This document shows positions 9,413-18,738 of a DNA stretch of 64,000 nucleotides, one piece after another; the first letter of the stretch is position 1, and each line of letters begins with the position of its first letter. Position numbers and translations under genes: made by a program. This DNA comes from Candidatus Latescibacterota bacterium. Its GTDB lineage: Bacteria; Latescibacterota; UBA2968; GCA-2709665. The stretch is taken from the NCBI GenBank assembly GCA_963667175.2, contig CAXXXF010000013.1:1-64000 (forward strand). Reading direction: 5' to 3'. The notes below the pieces were generated by a model, which worked only from the letters and a program-made list of their open reading frames with translations, was not told where the DNA came from and did not search any database.

Positions 9413-10942
9413 TCAATCGAATCTGTATCCGTACAGCCGGGCTGCGCCGTATAGATGGAATCTCAGTTTGAACCGGTCCCGACCCGCGTCTGCAAGACGG
9501 TTGTCTCCCCACGTCACGGGGCGTCGGAGTCCGTCGACGTCGATATCGTCGCAGTCCTCGCATCCATATCCGGGAATCGGTTCATCGGAATCCGCGTCGA
9601 GGACCTCGACCTCGACCCAGTTGCGGTTCATTCGAACGTCTCCGACGTTTACGGTAAGCGCGGTCGAACGGTCTGTCAGTTCCAGCGGCGCGGTTGTCGC
9701 GTGTCCGGGCGTCTCCCGGTCCGGGGTCTCCAGGCAGGTGAAGCCATCCTCGCGGAGCGTGGCCAGGCCCATCCGCGCCATCCGCGCGCTCCCGCTCCCC
9801 ATCTCATGGATGAATTCGGGGATCTCGTTTTCCGGCGGCCAGCTCGTGAATTCTTCGCCCGCTCCGCCATAGAACAGATAGATGGTCCCGTCCTTGACGG
9901 CCGGCTTATCCGTAATGATGAGCAACCCCCCGTCCCATTCGCCGTGGGCGCCGCGGGCGATGACTTTCTGGCGGGGGTTGACGCGGTGGAAATTGAGCCC
10001 GTCGCCGCTGACCGCCAGGCGTACGTCCGCCGAGTACATCCCGTAGAAGCCATAGCGGCTCGGCACGTACCAGCCGTACTCGTAGCAGATGATCCACGCG
10101 CCGCCGTACGGCGACATCATGACGTGATGGTCTTCGTACTCGAGCCCGTCGGCCGGGGAGAGCAGGGGGTTTTCCTCCGCCCTCCGGAAGTGCTCGATAT
10201 CCGGGCCGTACGCCAGTATCTTGGCGCGCCCGAGGCCGCGGTACCGCGCGGCGTTTCGCTTGATGTCCGGCTTCTCGAACGGAACCATCTCCTGGAAGAC
10301 GGTCTTGTACCGGCGCGAGGGATCGGGGTCCTGGTCGTCGCGGACGAGCACGCCGATATCGGGCGGGCCGCGAAACCACTCCGGCAGGTCGATGTTCGGG
10401 CCCTCGGTCCAGTGGATCCCGTCGGGCGAGTAGTTGGCCCGGGCGCCCTTGCCGGCATAGACCTTCTGTCCGCCGAAGCTGCGCTTGATGCCTTTGAATC
10501 GCTTGTTCGGGTCCGGCTCGGTCTCGTCCTTGATGATCGGCCCGCGCCCGTCCAGGACGATGTTGTTCTTCCTGCTCCCGTTGTACTCGTACAGGCCCAG
10601 TTCGGGTTTGTGCCAGTTGACCCCGTCCTCGCTGACGGCGTACCCCATCGCCCACCACCGCGAGGGCGCGATGTCCGATCCGGCGTACCAGGCCTTGAAG
10701 AGCCTGTCTTCATCGTCGTAGATGACCGTGGGCGACGACCACGGCGCGCAGTGCGTGGAATCCCACTCGTGCGAGTCGCCCACCGGAAGCACGGGATTGA
10801 GGGGATGCTTTTCCGCCTCGCACACCGCCTGCGCCACGTGATGAACGGACTCGATCCCGTCCATCAACAGAAAACTGTCCGCGCTGCCGGCATTCGTGTT
10901 CAACCGGCCCAGGTTCCCGGCCTCATCGGAGTTCCCTGCCAT
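9413..10942 (-). CDS. Five-bladed beta-propeller glycoside hydrolase-like protein (GH32/GH130-like fold) with C-terminal beta-sandwich
   Basis: KHPLNPVL, FKAWY, Asp-box-like SEDGVNW/SPDGIHW/SGDGLNF, LATLREDGF motifs. Confidence 0.65.
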   Translation of the reverse strand: MAGNSDEAGNLGRLNTNAGSADSFLLMDGIESVHHVAQAVCEAEKHPLNPVLPVGDSHEWDSTHCAPWSSPTVIYDDEDRLFKAWYAGSDIAPSRWWAMGYAVSEDGVNWHKPELGLYEYNGSRKNNIVLDGRGPIIKDETEPDPNKRFKGIKRSFGGQKVYAGKGARANYSPDGIHWTEGPNIDLPEWFRGPPDIGVLVRDDQDPDPSRRYKTVFQEMVPFEKPDIKRNAARYRGLGRAKILAYGPDIEHFRRAEENPLLSPADGLEYEDHHVMMSPYGGAWIICYEYGWYVPSRYGFYGMYSADVRLAVSGDGLNFHRVNPRQKVIARGAHGEWDGGLLIITDKPAVKDGTIYLFYGGAGEEFTSWPPENEIPEFIHEMGSGSARMARMGLATLREDGFTCLETPDRETPGHATTAPLELTDRSTALTVNVGDVRMNRNWVEVEVLDADSDEPIPGYGCEDCDDIDVDGLRRPVTWGDNRLADAGRDRFKLRFHLYGAARLYGYRFD

Positions 10943-11052
10943 TGTTGTGCGCCCTCTCTAGTGAGACAACGGGTTGATGGTATGCCATGAATTACAAAAA
11001 AAGCAATCGACAGATTGGTTTCTCCACGGAAAAATCAGGAGTTAAGTTCCGC

Positions 11053-11081
11053 TTGACAGACGAGTGTTAGTGCCCTATACA
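11053..11081 (+). promoter_or_regulatory. Putative sigma70 promoter of the three-gene cassette
   Basis: TTGACA (11053-11058), 17 bp spacer, TATACA (11076-11081). Confidence 0.45.
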
Positions 11082-11155
11082 TACCGCTCTAATAGTCCAG
11101 GCCACAGTTTGACAACCTCCGTGATTTCCTGTATTCTTTGAGTTGGAGAATCTTG

Positions 11156-11398
11156 ATGTCGCCCAAGATTAGACTGAATAACGAGGAAGTCGAGTGCAAG
11201 AAAGTCAATATTATCGAATCCGTTGAGAGGTTTAGCCAGATTCGTCTAGATGACGGGACTATATTGAACATAAAGGCATCTCCGCAAGAAGTCTTTCGTG
11301 TGGACAATCGGTATGACCGTACCGGTAATCCCATCTACGTGGTAAATAGCAATAACGTAATTACCGTGCATAGCAGCCCGTTATCTCAGGAGCGTTGA
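11156..11398 (+). CDS. Small beta-rich hypothetical protein (80 aa)
   Basis: GGAG RBS then ATG 11156: MSPKIRLNNEEVECKKV...RLDDGTILNIK...YDRTGNPIYVVNSNNVITV. First gene of a tightly packed low-GC operon. Confidence 0.7.
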   Translation: MSPKIRLNNEEVECKKVNIIESVERFSQIRLDDGTILNIKASPQEVFRVDNRYDRTGNPIYVVNSNNVITVHSSPLSQER

Positions 11399-11399
11399 G

Positions 11400-11891
11400 A
11401 TGGTAAGCGCGCGCATTAGGGCAGGCAACTACCCCCCCGAAGATGTCCCGATCCTCAAGTATCAACAAACTGAGGTGGCTTGGAACGACAATATCAGTCA
11501 TATTTTTTTTGTACACAACGAGTTTTACGAATTTGAGTCGAGCTTAGATGTCTGTGATACCTCTGATCCCGAAATCGGGCGTCTCCCTGACGACACTCTG
11601 TTTTTGCTGCATATGCAAAGATGGGATGAAGAAGCGGGCGTTACATCCTCTCCAATTGAAATGGCCGAGTGCGACTCCTATCGGAAGATTGTCAAAATGG
11701 GACGCAGAGCGCTTCCTCTTATTATGGAACAGCTAGCGGCTAATTTGAATGATCCGGATCATTGGTTTATGGCGCTATCCGAAATTACTGGCGAAGACCC
11801 TGTTCCCGAGAAAGACTATGGTAAAACGCTAAACATGGCTGGGGCGTGGCTAGAGTGGTGGAGGAAGAATAGTGGCGAATATGTGGGCTGA
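11400..11891 (+). CDS. Hypothetical alpha-helical protein (candidate antitoxin/immunity partner)
   Basis: 163-aa ORF starting 1 nt after the previous stop; C-terminal SYRKIVKMGRRALPLIMEQL...HWFMALSEITGEDPV...AWLEW looks like a conserved helical domain. Confidence 0.75.
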   Translation: MVSARIRAGNYPPEDVPILKYQQTEVAWNDNISHIFFVHNEFYEFESSLDVCDTSDPEIGRLPDDTLFLLHMQRWDEEAGVTSSPIEMAECDSYRKIVKMGRRALPLIMEQLAANLNDPDHWFMALSEITGEDPVPEKDYGKTLNMAGAWLEWWRKNSGEYVG

Positions 11892-12342
11892 ATACGGCTT
11901 GCCATATCTTGATTCCGCAAATTATGCTATAACAAGCGACCGAAGTCGAAAATACAATTGCATTGCTTGGACTGCAGGAAGGGACGATCAATGGTGGTGG
12001 CCCATCTCGCCTGATCAGCCATTCGGTTCGTATTATTGGCCCTCTAAAGTTCCGCGGGAAGTGTCCATAGAAGCGTTCTCAAGGGCATTTGAAGGATTGG
12101 GATACAAAGAATGCAGGAATAGCGAGATCGAAGAAGGATTCGAGAAAATCGCGCTCTTCGCCAGGGATGGCCTTAGTCGACATCCTGTTCCCACACATGC
12201 AGCGCGACAATTGCCCAACGGTCATTGGACAAGCAAATTGGGACGACGTGAAGATATTGTTCATCGAAATGTCGGCGATGTAAGTGGTCCGGCCTACGGC
12301 ATTCCCGTCAAATTCATGAAACGAAAAATACCGGATCGTTGA
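11872..12342 (+). CDS. Uncharacterised protein with putative Cys-His catalytic dyad (papain/NlpC-like; resembles DUF7689, recalled not checked)
   Basis: Motifs YNCIAW, WWWP, YYWP, PTHAARQL, WTSKLG, EDI; overlaps the upstream gene; GGAGG RBS. Confidence 0.75.
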   Translation: MANMWAEYGLPYLDSANYAITSDRSRKYNCIAWTAGRDDQWWWPISPDQPFGSYYWPSKVPREVSIEAFSRAFEGLGYKECRNSEIEEGFEKIALFARDGLSRHPVPTHAARQLPNGHWTSKLGRREDIVHRNVGDVSGPAYGIPVKFMKRKIPDR

Positions 12343-12361
12343 AAAACAGTTTCAATGACCC

Positions 12362-12397
12362 AAAGCCCTGGCGAATAGCCGGGGTTTTTGGATTTTT
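12362..12397 (+). terminator. Rho-independent terminator
   Basis: AAGCCCTGGC-GAATA-GCCGGGGTTT stem-loop plus T tracts, just after the 12342 stop and between convergent genes. Confidence 0.7.
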
Positions 12398-12448
12398 GGG
12401 ACGATTTACTTGTGCACCCGAAAAGGGAAGGGATCGTATTCACCCAAG

Positions 12449-13516
12449 TCACTCGGAGTATGCCATTTCCGTGAATTGGCCCTTCTCCAGCGGGTACCGG
12501 TGAACCCGTATCTTCCGATCGCGCGAGGACATGAAGATCCCGTGGGTCGTGTGCCAGTTTCCGATATTGGTTTCCGGACGCTGCAGAATCCTCCCCGGCG
12601 CGTGTACGTCGAACGAGAAATCGGTCAGTTCATCCACGGTGCGCAAGCTTTCGAACGCTTCCCGATGACAGGCCATGTACTGGATGCGGTTCTGGGAGTT
12701 GTAGTACGAGGCGCTCGCCCACCAGTCCGGATCGGCCTCTCGGGACGGACGCTGAAGGTCCGGGTCCTGCCAGTGGTTGGTCTCGATCACCATCCCGTTT
12801 TCAGGTTCCCGAAGGGCAATGTTCTCCGACTCCAGTTCGAACCCGACCATATCGCCCGACGCGTCAACTGCCACGCCCGTGAGACCCTTGATGCCCGAGA
12901 TCCTGTACTGCCGGAGGAAGTGCCGCACGTCGTCGCAGTCGGAACAATACTGGGCGAGCAGGTGAGCGGTGAAATAGAGATTGACGTGTTCCGGATTGAC
13001 GCCCGGGTTGAACTTGCGATGGCCCGACGCGCTGCCGATCAGCAGCCCGGTGTCGTTGATCGCCGTGCCCACAGTCGTGCCGAACCGCTCCCCGATGCCG
13101 ACCAGTCCGCGCGGCCTGCTGTCCGGTAGACGAATCAGGATTTTGTCCTTCACGAAATCCTCAACCCTGCCGGCCGAACTCGTATCGTAGGTCCTCAACA
13201 TCGCCGGACCGTCGTCCTTCAGCATGATGCCAAGCGCCGAACATCCGTCCAGTTCGGCGGCGGTAAAGTAGACGTGCAGCAGATACGTATGATCGAAGCT
13301 CTCAATTCCCGCCGCGTCGCCGTATGCCTCCATCTGCTCGAGCAGTTCCGGGAACTCCCGCCGCATGAAGGCCATGTTCTCCCGGAAGTAGCTATCCTCG
13401 AAGTCCTGGGGCTGTTCCAACCGCTTCTCCAACTCACGCCTGGCGTATTCGGGATCGAGCGCGCCCTGCGCACGTCCCGCTTCGGCGGGACCTCCGCGAA
13501 AGGTGTATTTTTCCAT
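12449..13516 (-). CDS. C45-family NTN hydrolase/acyltransferase, paralogue 2
   Basis: MEKYTFRGGPAEAGRAQG; GCSA autocleavage Cys; INDTGL; ETNHWQ; collinear with 6457-7521. Confidence 0.7.
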   Translation of the reverse strand: MEKYTFRGGPAEAGRAQGALDPEYARRELEKRLEQPQDFEDSYFRENMAFMRREFPELLEQMEAYGDAAGIESFDHTYLLHVYFTAAELDGCSALGIMLKDDGPAMLRTYDTSSAGRVEDFVKDKILIRLPDSRPRGLVGIGERFGTTVGTAINDTGLLIGSASGHRKFNPGVNPEHVNLYFTAHLLAQYCSDCDDVRHFLRQYRISGIKGLTGVAVDASGDMVGFELESENIALREPENGMVIETNHWQDPDLQRPSREADPDWWASASYYNSQNRIQYMACHREAFESLRTVDELTDFSFDVHAPGRILQRPETNIGNWHTTHGIFMSSRDRKIRVHRYPLEKGQFTEMAYSE

Positions 13517-13567
13517 CTTTGCGCCCTTTTTACAATCGCTCCGAGACAATATCAACAGGATACATCC

Positions 13568-13605
13568 TTGACATGAACTGTGGGTGTAGTTACATTGTAG
13601 CTACA
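13568..13605 (+). promoter_or_regulatory. Promoter with overlapping palindromic operator of the antitoxin gene
   Basis: TTGACA (13568-13573), 17 bp spacer, TACATT (13591-13596). Near-palindrome TGTAGTTACATTGTAGCTACA (13585-13605) covers the -10, as expected for RHH antitoxin autorepression. Confidence 0.75.
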
Positions 13606-13622
13606 AAATGGAGGATGTGCCA

Positions 13623-13889
13623 ATGAGCAACGATGCTGTTGTACGGGCCCGTATCGACAGCGACGTCAAAGCCCGCGCCACCGAGGCGCTCGAAGCCATG
13701 GGTCTCTCCGTCTCCGATGCGATCCGCATGCTGTTGCTGCAGATAGCGGAAGAGAAGCGCCTCCCGTTCACCGTGAAGGTCCCGAATGCCGCCACCGTCG
13801 AAGCCATGGCTGAACTGGAAGCGGGAAAGGGCAAGCGATTCCGGAACGCCCGGGAGCTACTCAGAGATCTCAGACTTTTGGAGGACTGA
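13623..13889 (+). CDS. dinJ: RelB/DinJ family antitoxin
   Basis: MSNDAVVRARIDSDVKARATEALEAMGLSVSDAIRMLLLQIAEEKRLPF..KVPNAAT..AM, classic RelB/DinJ pattern; GGAGGA RBS. Confidence 0.9.
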   Translation: MSNDAVVRARIDSDVKARATEALEAMGLSVSDAIRMLLLQIAEEKRLPFTVKVPNAATVEAMAELEAGKGKRFRNARELLRDLRLLED

Positions 13890-14123
13890 CGGCTCCTCAA
13901 CTGCGCCAAACTATTGGCAGATAGAACGTCGACCAGTCCAAATAAACCGAAGGGGCGATCACAAGGATTGCCCCTTTTCCATTGAGAGTCCTGGCAGATG
14001 CTTATCAGACTCAATCGACTGACGTTCATTTGATAGATAATATGACCTTGTCTATTCATTCTTTTAGGCCGTTTCTCAACCGGGTTTCTCCGGTTTTCTG
14101 TTATCCAATTTCCCGGATCCATT

Positions 14124-14492
14124 CTATGTGTTGTCAGATGCCGCCGGTGGCGAAGGCGGAATTATTCGCTCCAACTGGGCGATTAACTCAGGAATCTGGT
14201 TGACAGTCAATGTCCACATACGCGATTGAATGATCTCGCCATATTCGTGCGCCAGAACGTTGCGCAGCCCCACGATCCTGTGCCACGGAATTTCAGGGTG
14301 AGCCTCCTTGTATGAATCGGATAGGCGTCTGGCCGCCTCACCCAGAATCTCCACTTGCCGTTCTACTGCTGCCTGGACCATTCGATTATGTAGAAATTGA
14401 TCGGACGTCAAACCTTCGACAAACTCGATGGCAGAACGGGCTGCTTCCAACATATCCCACAGATAAGCAGAGTCCCGGCTTTCAGGCTGCAT
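14124..14492 (-). CDS. hepT: HEPN (DUF86) ribonuclease toxin of MNT-HEPN TA system
   Basis: YLWDML...AAVERQVEILGEAA...IPWHRIVGLRNVLAHEY with the RxxxxH motif; overlaps the MNT gene. Confidence 0.9.
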   Translation of the reverse strand: MQPESRDSAYLWDMLEAARSAIEFVEGLTSDQFLHNRMVQAAVERQVEILGEAARRLSDSYKEAHPEIPWHRIVGLRNVLAHEYGEIIQSRMWTLTVNQIPELIAQLERIIPPSPPAASDNT

Positions 14493-14787
14493 AGATCACC
14501 TCTTTGGTGCTAAGAATGCCATACCTGCGGAAAGGATTTCGAAGCCCCTGTTCTTCTACGAGGTCAACAGCCCGTCCGAGGATTTCCGTTAATTCCTCCT
14601 GCATTTGTACCAGGTCCCACAAGCTGTGTTGTGCGCCCGGGGTGAATGTAACCAACAGGTCGACATCGCTGTCGTGTCCAAAGTCCTCACGAAGCACAGA
14701 ACCAAATGCAGCCAATTCGCTGATATTCCAGCGACCGCAGAAATCCTTAATCCGGGCCTGAGGCAAATGAATCCTGAGCCGAGACAT
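14482..14787 (-). CDS. mntA: Minimal nucleotidyltransferase antitoxin
   Basis: FGSVLREDFGHDSDVDLLV (GSx10DxD) and LGRAVDLV motifs. Confidence 0.9.
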   Translation of the reverse strand: MSRLRIHLPQARIKDFCGRWNISELAAFGSVLREDFGHDSDVDLLVTFTPGAQHSLWDLVQMQEELTEILGRAVDLVEEQGLRNPFRRYGILSTKEVIYAA

Positions 14788-14933
14788 GTCTTATCCTATT
14801 GTAAGCTACGATCAACCCAAGAACGTCTACAATATACCCATATGCGTTTGTTCCCGCTATCCATTAGATGGAAAGAGGTGGCTCGTCCACTTCAGATCAT
14901 TGACGTTACCGAAAAAGGGACGCTTGCTTCGAG

Positions 14934-15443
14934 TTACAGGTACGCGTAATAGATGACCTCTCTGCGCTCGATGTTGAACCCGGCTTTCTCGTAGGCCCTG
15001 CGGGCGCCGGCCTGCGCGTCGTTCAGCCCGGTCCGAACCTGCGCGTATTTGAGTCCTGCTTCACGGAACCGATCCATGACGAAATCGTACATCCGCGTGC
15101 CGATTCCCTGCCCCTGCAACCCGGCCGCCACGGCGTTCAGACCGACGATTCCGATCCCTCTCTTCGGTTCCAGCAGATAGGTGATGAACGCCACGACCTC
15201 GCCGCTGTCGCGCGCCTCCACGACAAACGCCCAGTCCGGGTGTTCCGCAAGGTGGCGTCCCACGCTGGCCCTGATATTTTCCGGCCAGTTCGCATACAGG
15301 ACGGCGAACAGTTCCTCGCCCCAGTTCTCTTCGTGCAGGCCGAAGATCGGCGCCCACGCCTGGCGGATGATTTCCCCGATCCGGTCCAGGTCGTCCGCGG
15401 TGGCGGCGCGAATCCGGTATCTGTCGTCCATTTCTTCTCGCAT
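14934..15443 (-). CDS. GNAT family N-acetyltransferase
   Basis: IRAATADD; acetyl-CoA motif QGQGIG; ARRAYEKAGF. Confidence 0.88.
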   Translation of the reverse strand: MREEMDDRYRIRAATADDLDRIGEIIRQAWAPIFGLHEENWGEELFAVLYANWPENIRASVGRHLAEHPDWAFVVEARDSGEVVAFITYLLEPKRGIGIVGLNAVAAGLQGQGIGTRMYDFVMDRFREAGLKYAQVRTGLNDAQAGARRAYEKAGFNIERREVIYYAYL

Positions 15444-15458
15444 CAGTAACGTGGCGGC

Positions 15459-16577
15459 CTAAAGCGAGTCCGGGAAACGCACACCCAACCGTTCGGCCCA
15501 CCCCTCCAGTTCCTCTCGCACGTCCGGTTCCAGCGGGATGCCGTGAATTTCGCATTCCCGCCGGGTCCGCTCCATCCTCTCGCCGGGCAGCCGGATCTCA
15601 TCTGACGCGCCGTCCGGGGGGCTGCCCTTCAGGTCGGCGATGAAGTCCGCCATCCGGGCTTCGAATGCCTCAATTGGCATGAACGCCCCGACGTCGATCG
15701 CGATGCAGCAGTGGCTCACCGCGTGGGTCTTGTCCGTTCTGTCCGCCTGGTCCCGGGGGGTGATATCGCTCAGGAAAGCCGCGCCGCCCAGCACGCCCGT
15801 CAGCGCCTCCACCAGAATGGCCAGCCCCGCGCCTTTGTGGACGCCGATGGGCAACGTCGTACCGCCGACGACGACGGCTTGAGGATCGTCGGTTGGCCGG
15901 CCGTCCCGGTCGAAGCCCTGAATATCCGGCGGAAGCCGTCTGCCTTCCCGGATCCACTGCCTCATCCTGCCCCCGGAGGCGGTCATGCACGCGTCGAACA
16001 GAATCGGAAAGCCGCCCGCGGTCGGTATGCCGAATCCCATCGGCGTGTTGCCGATGACGGAGCCGCGGGCGCCGGGATATCCCATGGATCCCCTGGTGTT
16101 CGAGAACGCGATGCCGATCATGCCTGCGTTGGCCGCTTCCAGGCAATACGGTACGGCGGCGAGAAAGTGGTTGTTGCGAACGATCAGGGCGATGCCGATG
16201 CCGCCCTCCCGGGCTTTGTCGATCGCCAGCCGCATCCCCTTCATGCAGCCGACGATGCCCACGCCGTGGTCGCCTTCGATGACCGCGGTCATCCCACGAT
16301 CGCTCAGGACGGGCTGATGGGGATTCGCCCGAATCGTCCCGTCCGCCAGCCCCCGCAGATTGAAATGGGTGAGCCGAAGTCCGTGCGTCGTGTTGCCGCG
16401 GATTTCCTGGCCGAGTGTCGCCCGGGCGATGGTTTCCGCATCGTCTCCAGGTACATCGGCAGCCAGAAACAGGTCGCGCACGAATGTTTCCAGCACGTCC
16501 GCGGCCACACGCGCTTCAGCCTGACCTACGTCTTCCATAACCTCGATCTCCCGTATCCGTTTGGTGTCGGCCGGCAA
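15459..16577 (-). CDS. Ldh_2 (malate/L-lactate/ureidoglycolate dehydrogenase-like) oxidoreductase
   Basis: RGNTTHG, NNHF, GNTP, HKGAGL, RLPGE motifs. Start uncertain (alternative ATG 16538). Confidence 0.88.
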   Translation of the reverse strand: MPADTKRIREIEVMEDVGQAEARVAADVLETFVRDLFLAADVPGDDAETIARATLGQEIRGNTTHGLRLTHFNLRGLADGTIRANPHQPVLSDRGMTAVIEGDHGVGIVGCMKGMRLAIDKAREGGIGIALIVRNNHFLAAVPYCLEAANAGMIGIAFSNTRGSMGYPGARGSVIGNTPMGFGIPTAGGFPILFDACMTASGGRMRQWIREGRRLPPDIQGFDRDGRPTDDPQAVVVGGTTLPIGVHKGAGLAILVEALTGVLGGAAFLSDITPRDQADRTDKTHAVSHCCIAIDVGAFMPIEAFEARMADFIADLKGSPPDGASDEIRLPGERMERTRRECEIHGIPLEPDVREELEGWAERLGVRFPDSL

Positions 16578-16597
16578 CCCCTATTCGGGACGGGACG

Positions 16598-18613
16598 CTA
16601 TCGCCACGTCATTTCCACGACCAGGAAATCGGTGTCATTCGACATCCTGACGGGCAGGATGACCTCGCTGCCGCGAACCTCCGACGCGGGAAGCCTGTCG
16701 TCCCCGCTGTAGACGTCGACAAGCGACGTGACTTCGGCTCCTTCCGGCGCGCGCATCACGAGATTCGTCCGGTAGGCCAGGCCCACGTAGTTGAAGATCA
16801 GACAGACCAGGCAGCCGTCGCCGATCATCGGAAACAGCTCCATGGTCGGCACGTCGCGGCGGTCCCACGGCCGCAGGTCACGGTAGGCGTTCGCCGGCGG
16901 GTAGGGCCAGAGGCGGGCAACCGGTTCGTCTTGCGCCAGCCATTTCAGGATGTTCCGCAGCAGAGGGATACCGTCCGTTGGCGTCCGGACGCCGTTGTGG
17001 TCACCCGGCGTCACGTAGCTGAACTCCGGGACTCCCGCCAGCCAGACCTGTCGGCCGCCGTTTTCCTCGTTCACGACCAGCGCCGGCCTTCCGTCGATCT
17101 CGCCCACCGTCTCCCCCTCGATGCCCGGCGCCGAAAACGCGGCCTGCAGCATCACGGGACGCGAAACGCCCGCCAGGAAAGGATGGTCGCGTTTCAGGGG
17201 CCGCATTTCCGCGCTGTCGATGGTTTTCCCCTCCGGCGGTGGGCAGGGCCCTGCTCCCGGCCAATCCCGGTTCGGGGTCCTTCCCACCCGGAGCAGGCCG
17301 TTTCCCGATGCGGCATGCCCCTCAAGTACAGCCCTCTGTTCGCCGGTCAGGCAATGGGTATCGGGCAGGATCGCCGGCCCATCCAGCATCTCCCCGGCGT
17401 CAACAAGCCGCCCGTCGAAATGCCAGCGCCACGGCAGCCCCACGTGGTTCATCACGTCGGGCCAGACCGCCAGCGCCTTCCGGCCCCAGCCGGTTTCCGG
17501 ATTCCCGTAGATTTCCGTCTGTGTGGGGTTGACAACGGTGGCGTACGCATAGGGTCTTGTCTTTTCGAAATAGGGGATGAGTTTCCCGGCTTCGTGGAAT
17601 CCGTCCAGAAATCCGGGGATGACGCGGGCCAGATCATTGGAATACGGCGTAACGTTCTCCGCGCCCAGCGCGTAGGGAACCGCGCCCGCCATGAATCCGT
17701 CGCGGCGGGTCAGCTCCGGGCCGCCCAGGGGCGGTCTGAACGCCTGCGGGTAGATATTCAGCGAACGCCGCGCCGTTGCGCCGCCGAGCGTCCGGGTCGC
17801 CTCGGCCAGGATCCGGCGCGCGGGCCGGTAGGTGAAATGCGACGTATGGTTGTAGTGATAGGGATCGGTACAGAGCACGTCCTGAGCCAGCGCGTCCTGC
17901 GAGAGATCGATCCCCGCGCGCCAGGTATTTTCGTTGAAGGACACGACCACCGGCGAATACTGAATGCCGACCAGCACGTCCGGGCGCTCTCTCTTGATTT
18001 GCTCGCGGAACCAGGCATGAACCCCGGTCCACCGTGCCATCCTGCGCTGTACCCACGCCCACCACGCCTCCGACTCCCAGTCGAAGTCGACGGGCGGCGG
18101 TGTTCCGGTTTCCTTTTCGTATTCGGCTACGCAGTGGTCGCAATAGCAGCCGACGTCGCCGTTGGCGAATCCGATCGCGGCTTCGTCGTTCAGATGGATC
18201 TCGCGGAGAGCCGGCAGTCCGATGACGCTCCTCAGGAGATCGAGGTATTCCGCCTTGTTCTGCGGCTGGAACGGGCACAGCCATTTGGTGCGCACGAGGT
18301 TATCGCTGTCCATCGCGGTCCCCGAACCGCCGACGCATACCATGGCCCGTTCCGGATGGTCCCGCAGAAAGGTCTCCCGGTACTTCATGTAGCCGGTGAA
18401 AACGGTCATCCCCAGGCCGAATTCATCGGCCCACGCGCCAAATTGACACACCTGTTCCGAGTCGAATCCCTGGCCCGTGAATTTCCGTTCCCCCGTTTTC
18501 AGGGAGACGCCGATATCCGTAAACCCCTCCGCCCGGACTCGCGCCACGTGGTCGCGGGAATAGCTCACTCTCTGAATATTCAGAAGCGCCGTACGTCGTA
18601 TCGTCCGTTTCAT
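16598..18613 (-). CDS. Putative glycoside hydrolase (TIM barrel with GH42-like CxCxxC and trimerisation-like domain), copy A
   Basis: LCP...IHLNDE...CYCDHC...TDPY pattern; 671 aa, collinear with 41910-43925. Confidence 0.55.
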   Translation of the reverse strand: MKRTIRRTALLNIQRVSYSRDHVARVRAEGFTDIGVSLKTGERKFTGQGFDSEQVCQFGAWADEFGLGMTVFTGYMKYRETFLRDHPERAMVCVGGSGTAMDSDNLVRTKWLCPFQPQNKAEYLDLLRSVIGLPALREIHLNDEAAIGFANGDVGCYCDHCVAEYEKETGTPPPVDFDWESEAWWAWVQRRMARWTGVHAWFREQIKRERPDVLVGIQYSPVVVSFNENTWRAGIDLSQDALAQDVLCTDPYHYNHTSHFTYRPARRILAEATRTLGGATARRSLNIYPQAFRPPLGGPELTRRDGFMAGAVPYALGAENVTPYSNDLARVIPGFLDGFHEAGKLIPYFEKTRPYAYATVVNPTQTEIYGNPETGWGRKALAVWPDVMNHVGLPWRWHFDGRLVDAGEMLDGPAILPDTHCLTGEQRAVLEGHAASGNGLLRVGRTPNRDWPGAGPCPPPEGKTIDSAEMRPLKRDHPFLAGVSRPVMLQAAFSAPGIEGETVGEIDGRPALVVNEENGGRQVWLAGVPEFSYVTPGDHNGVRTPTDGIPLLRNILKWLAQDEPVARLWPYPPANAYRDLRPWDRRDVPTMELFPMIGDGCLVCLIFNYVGLAYRTNLVMRAPEGAEVTSLVDVYSGDDRLPASEVRGSEVILPVRMSNDTDFLVVEMTWR

Positions 18614-18738
18614 TCAACCTCTCCGCATCCTGGGTTGGATACGATCAGTGGGCTCAATTCCGGCGACCACTCCGCTTCCCAACTTCTTGCATCGGCATTG
18701 GAAGGTCAGTCTCGTCAGCTATCGGGAATGCACAACTT

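Noticed and set aside
13786-14122. ORFs downstream of dinJ as the cognate toxin
   Set aside because: No RelE/YafQ features; they overlap dinJ or lie antisense to it.
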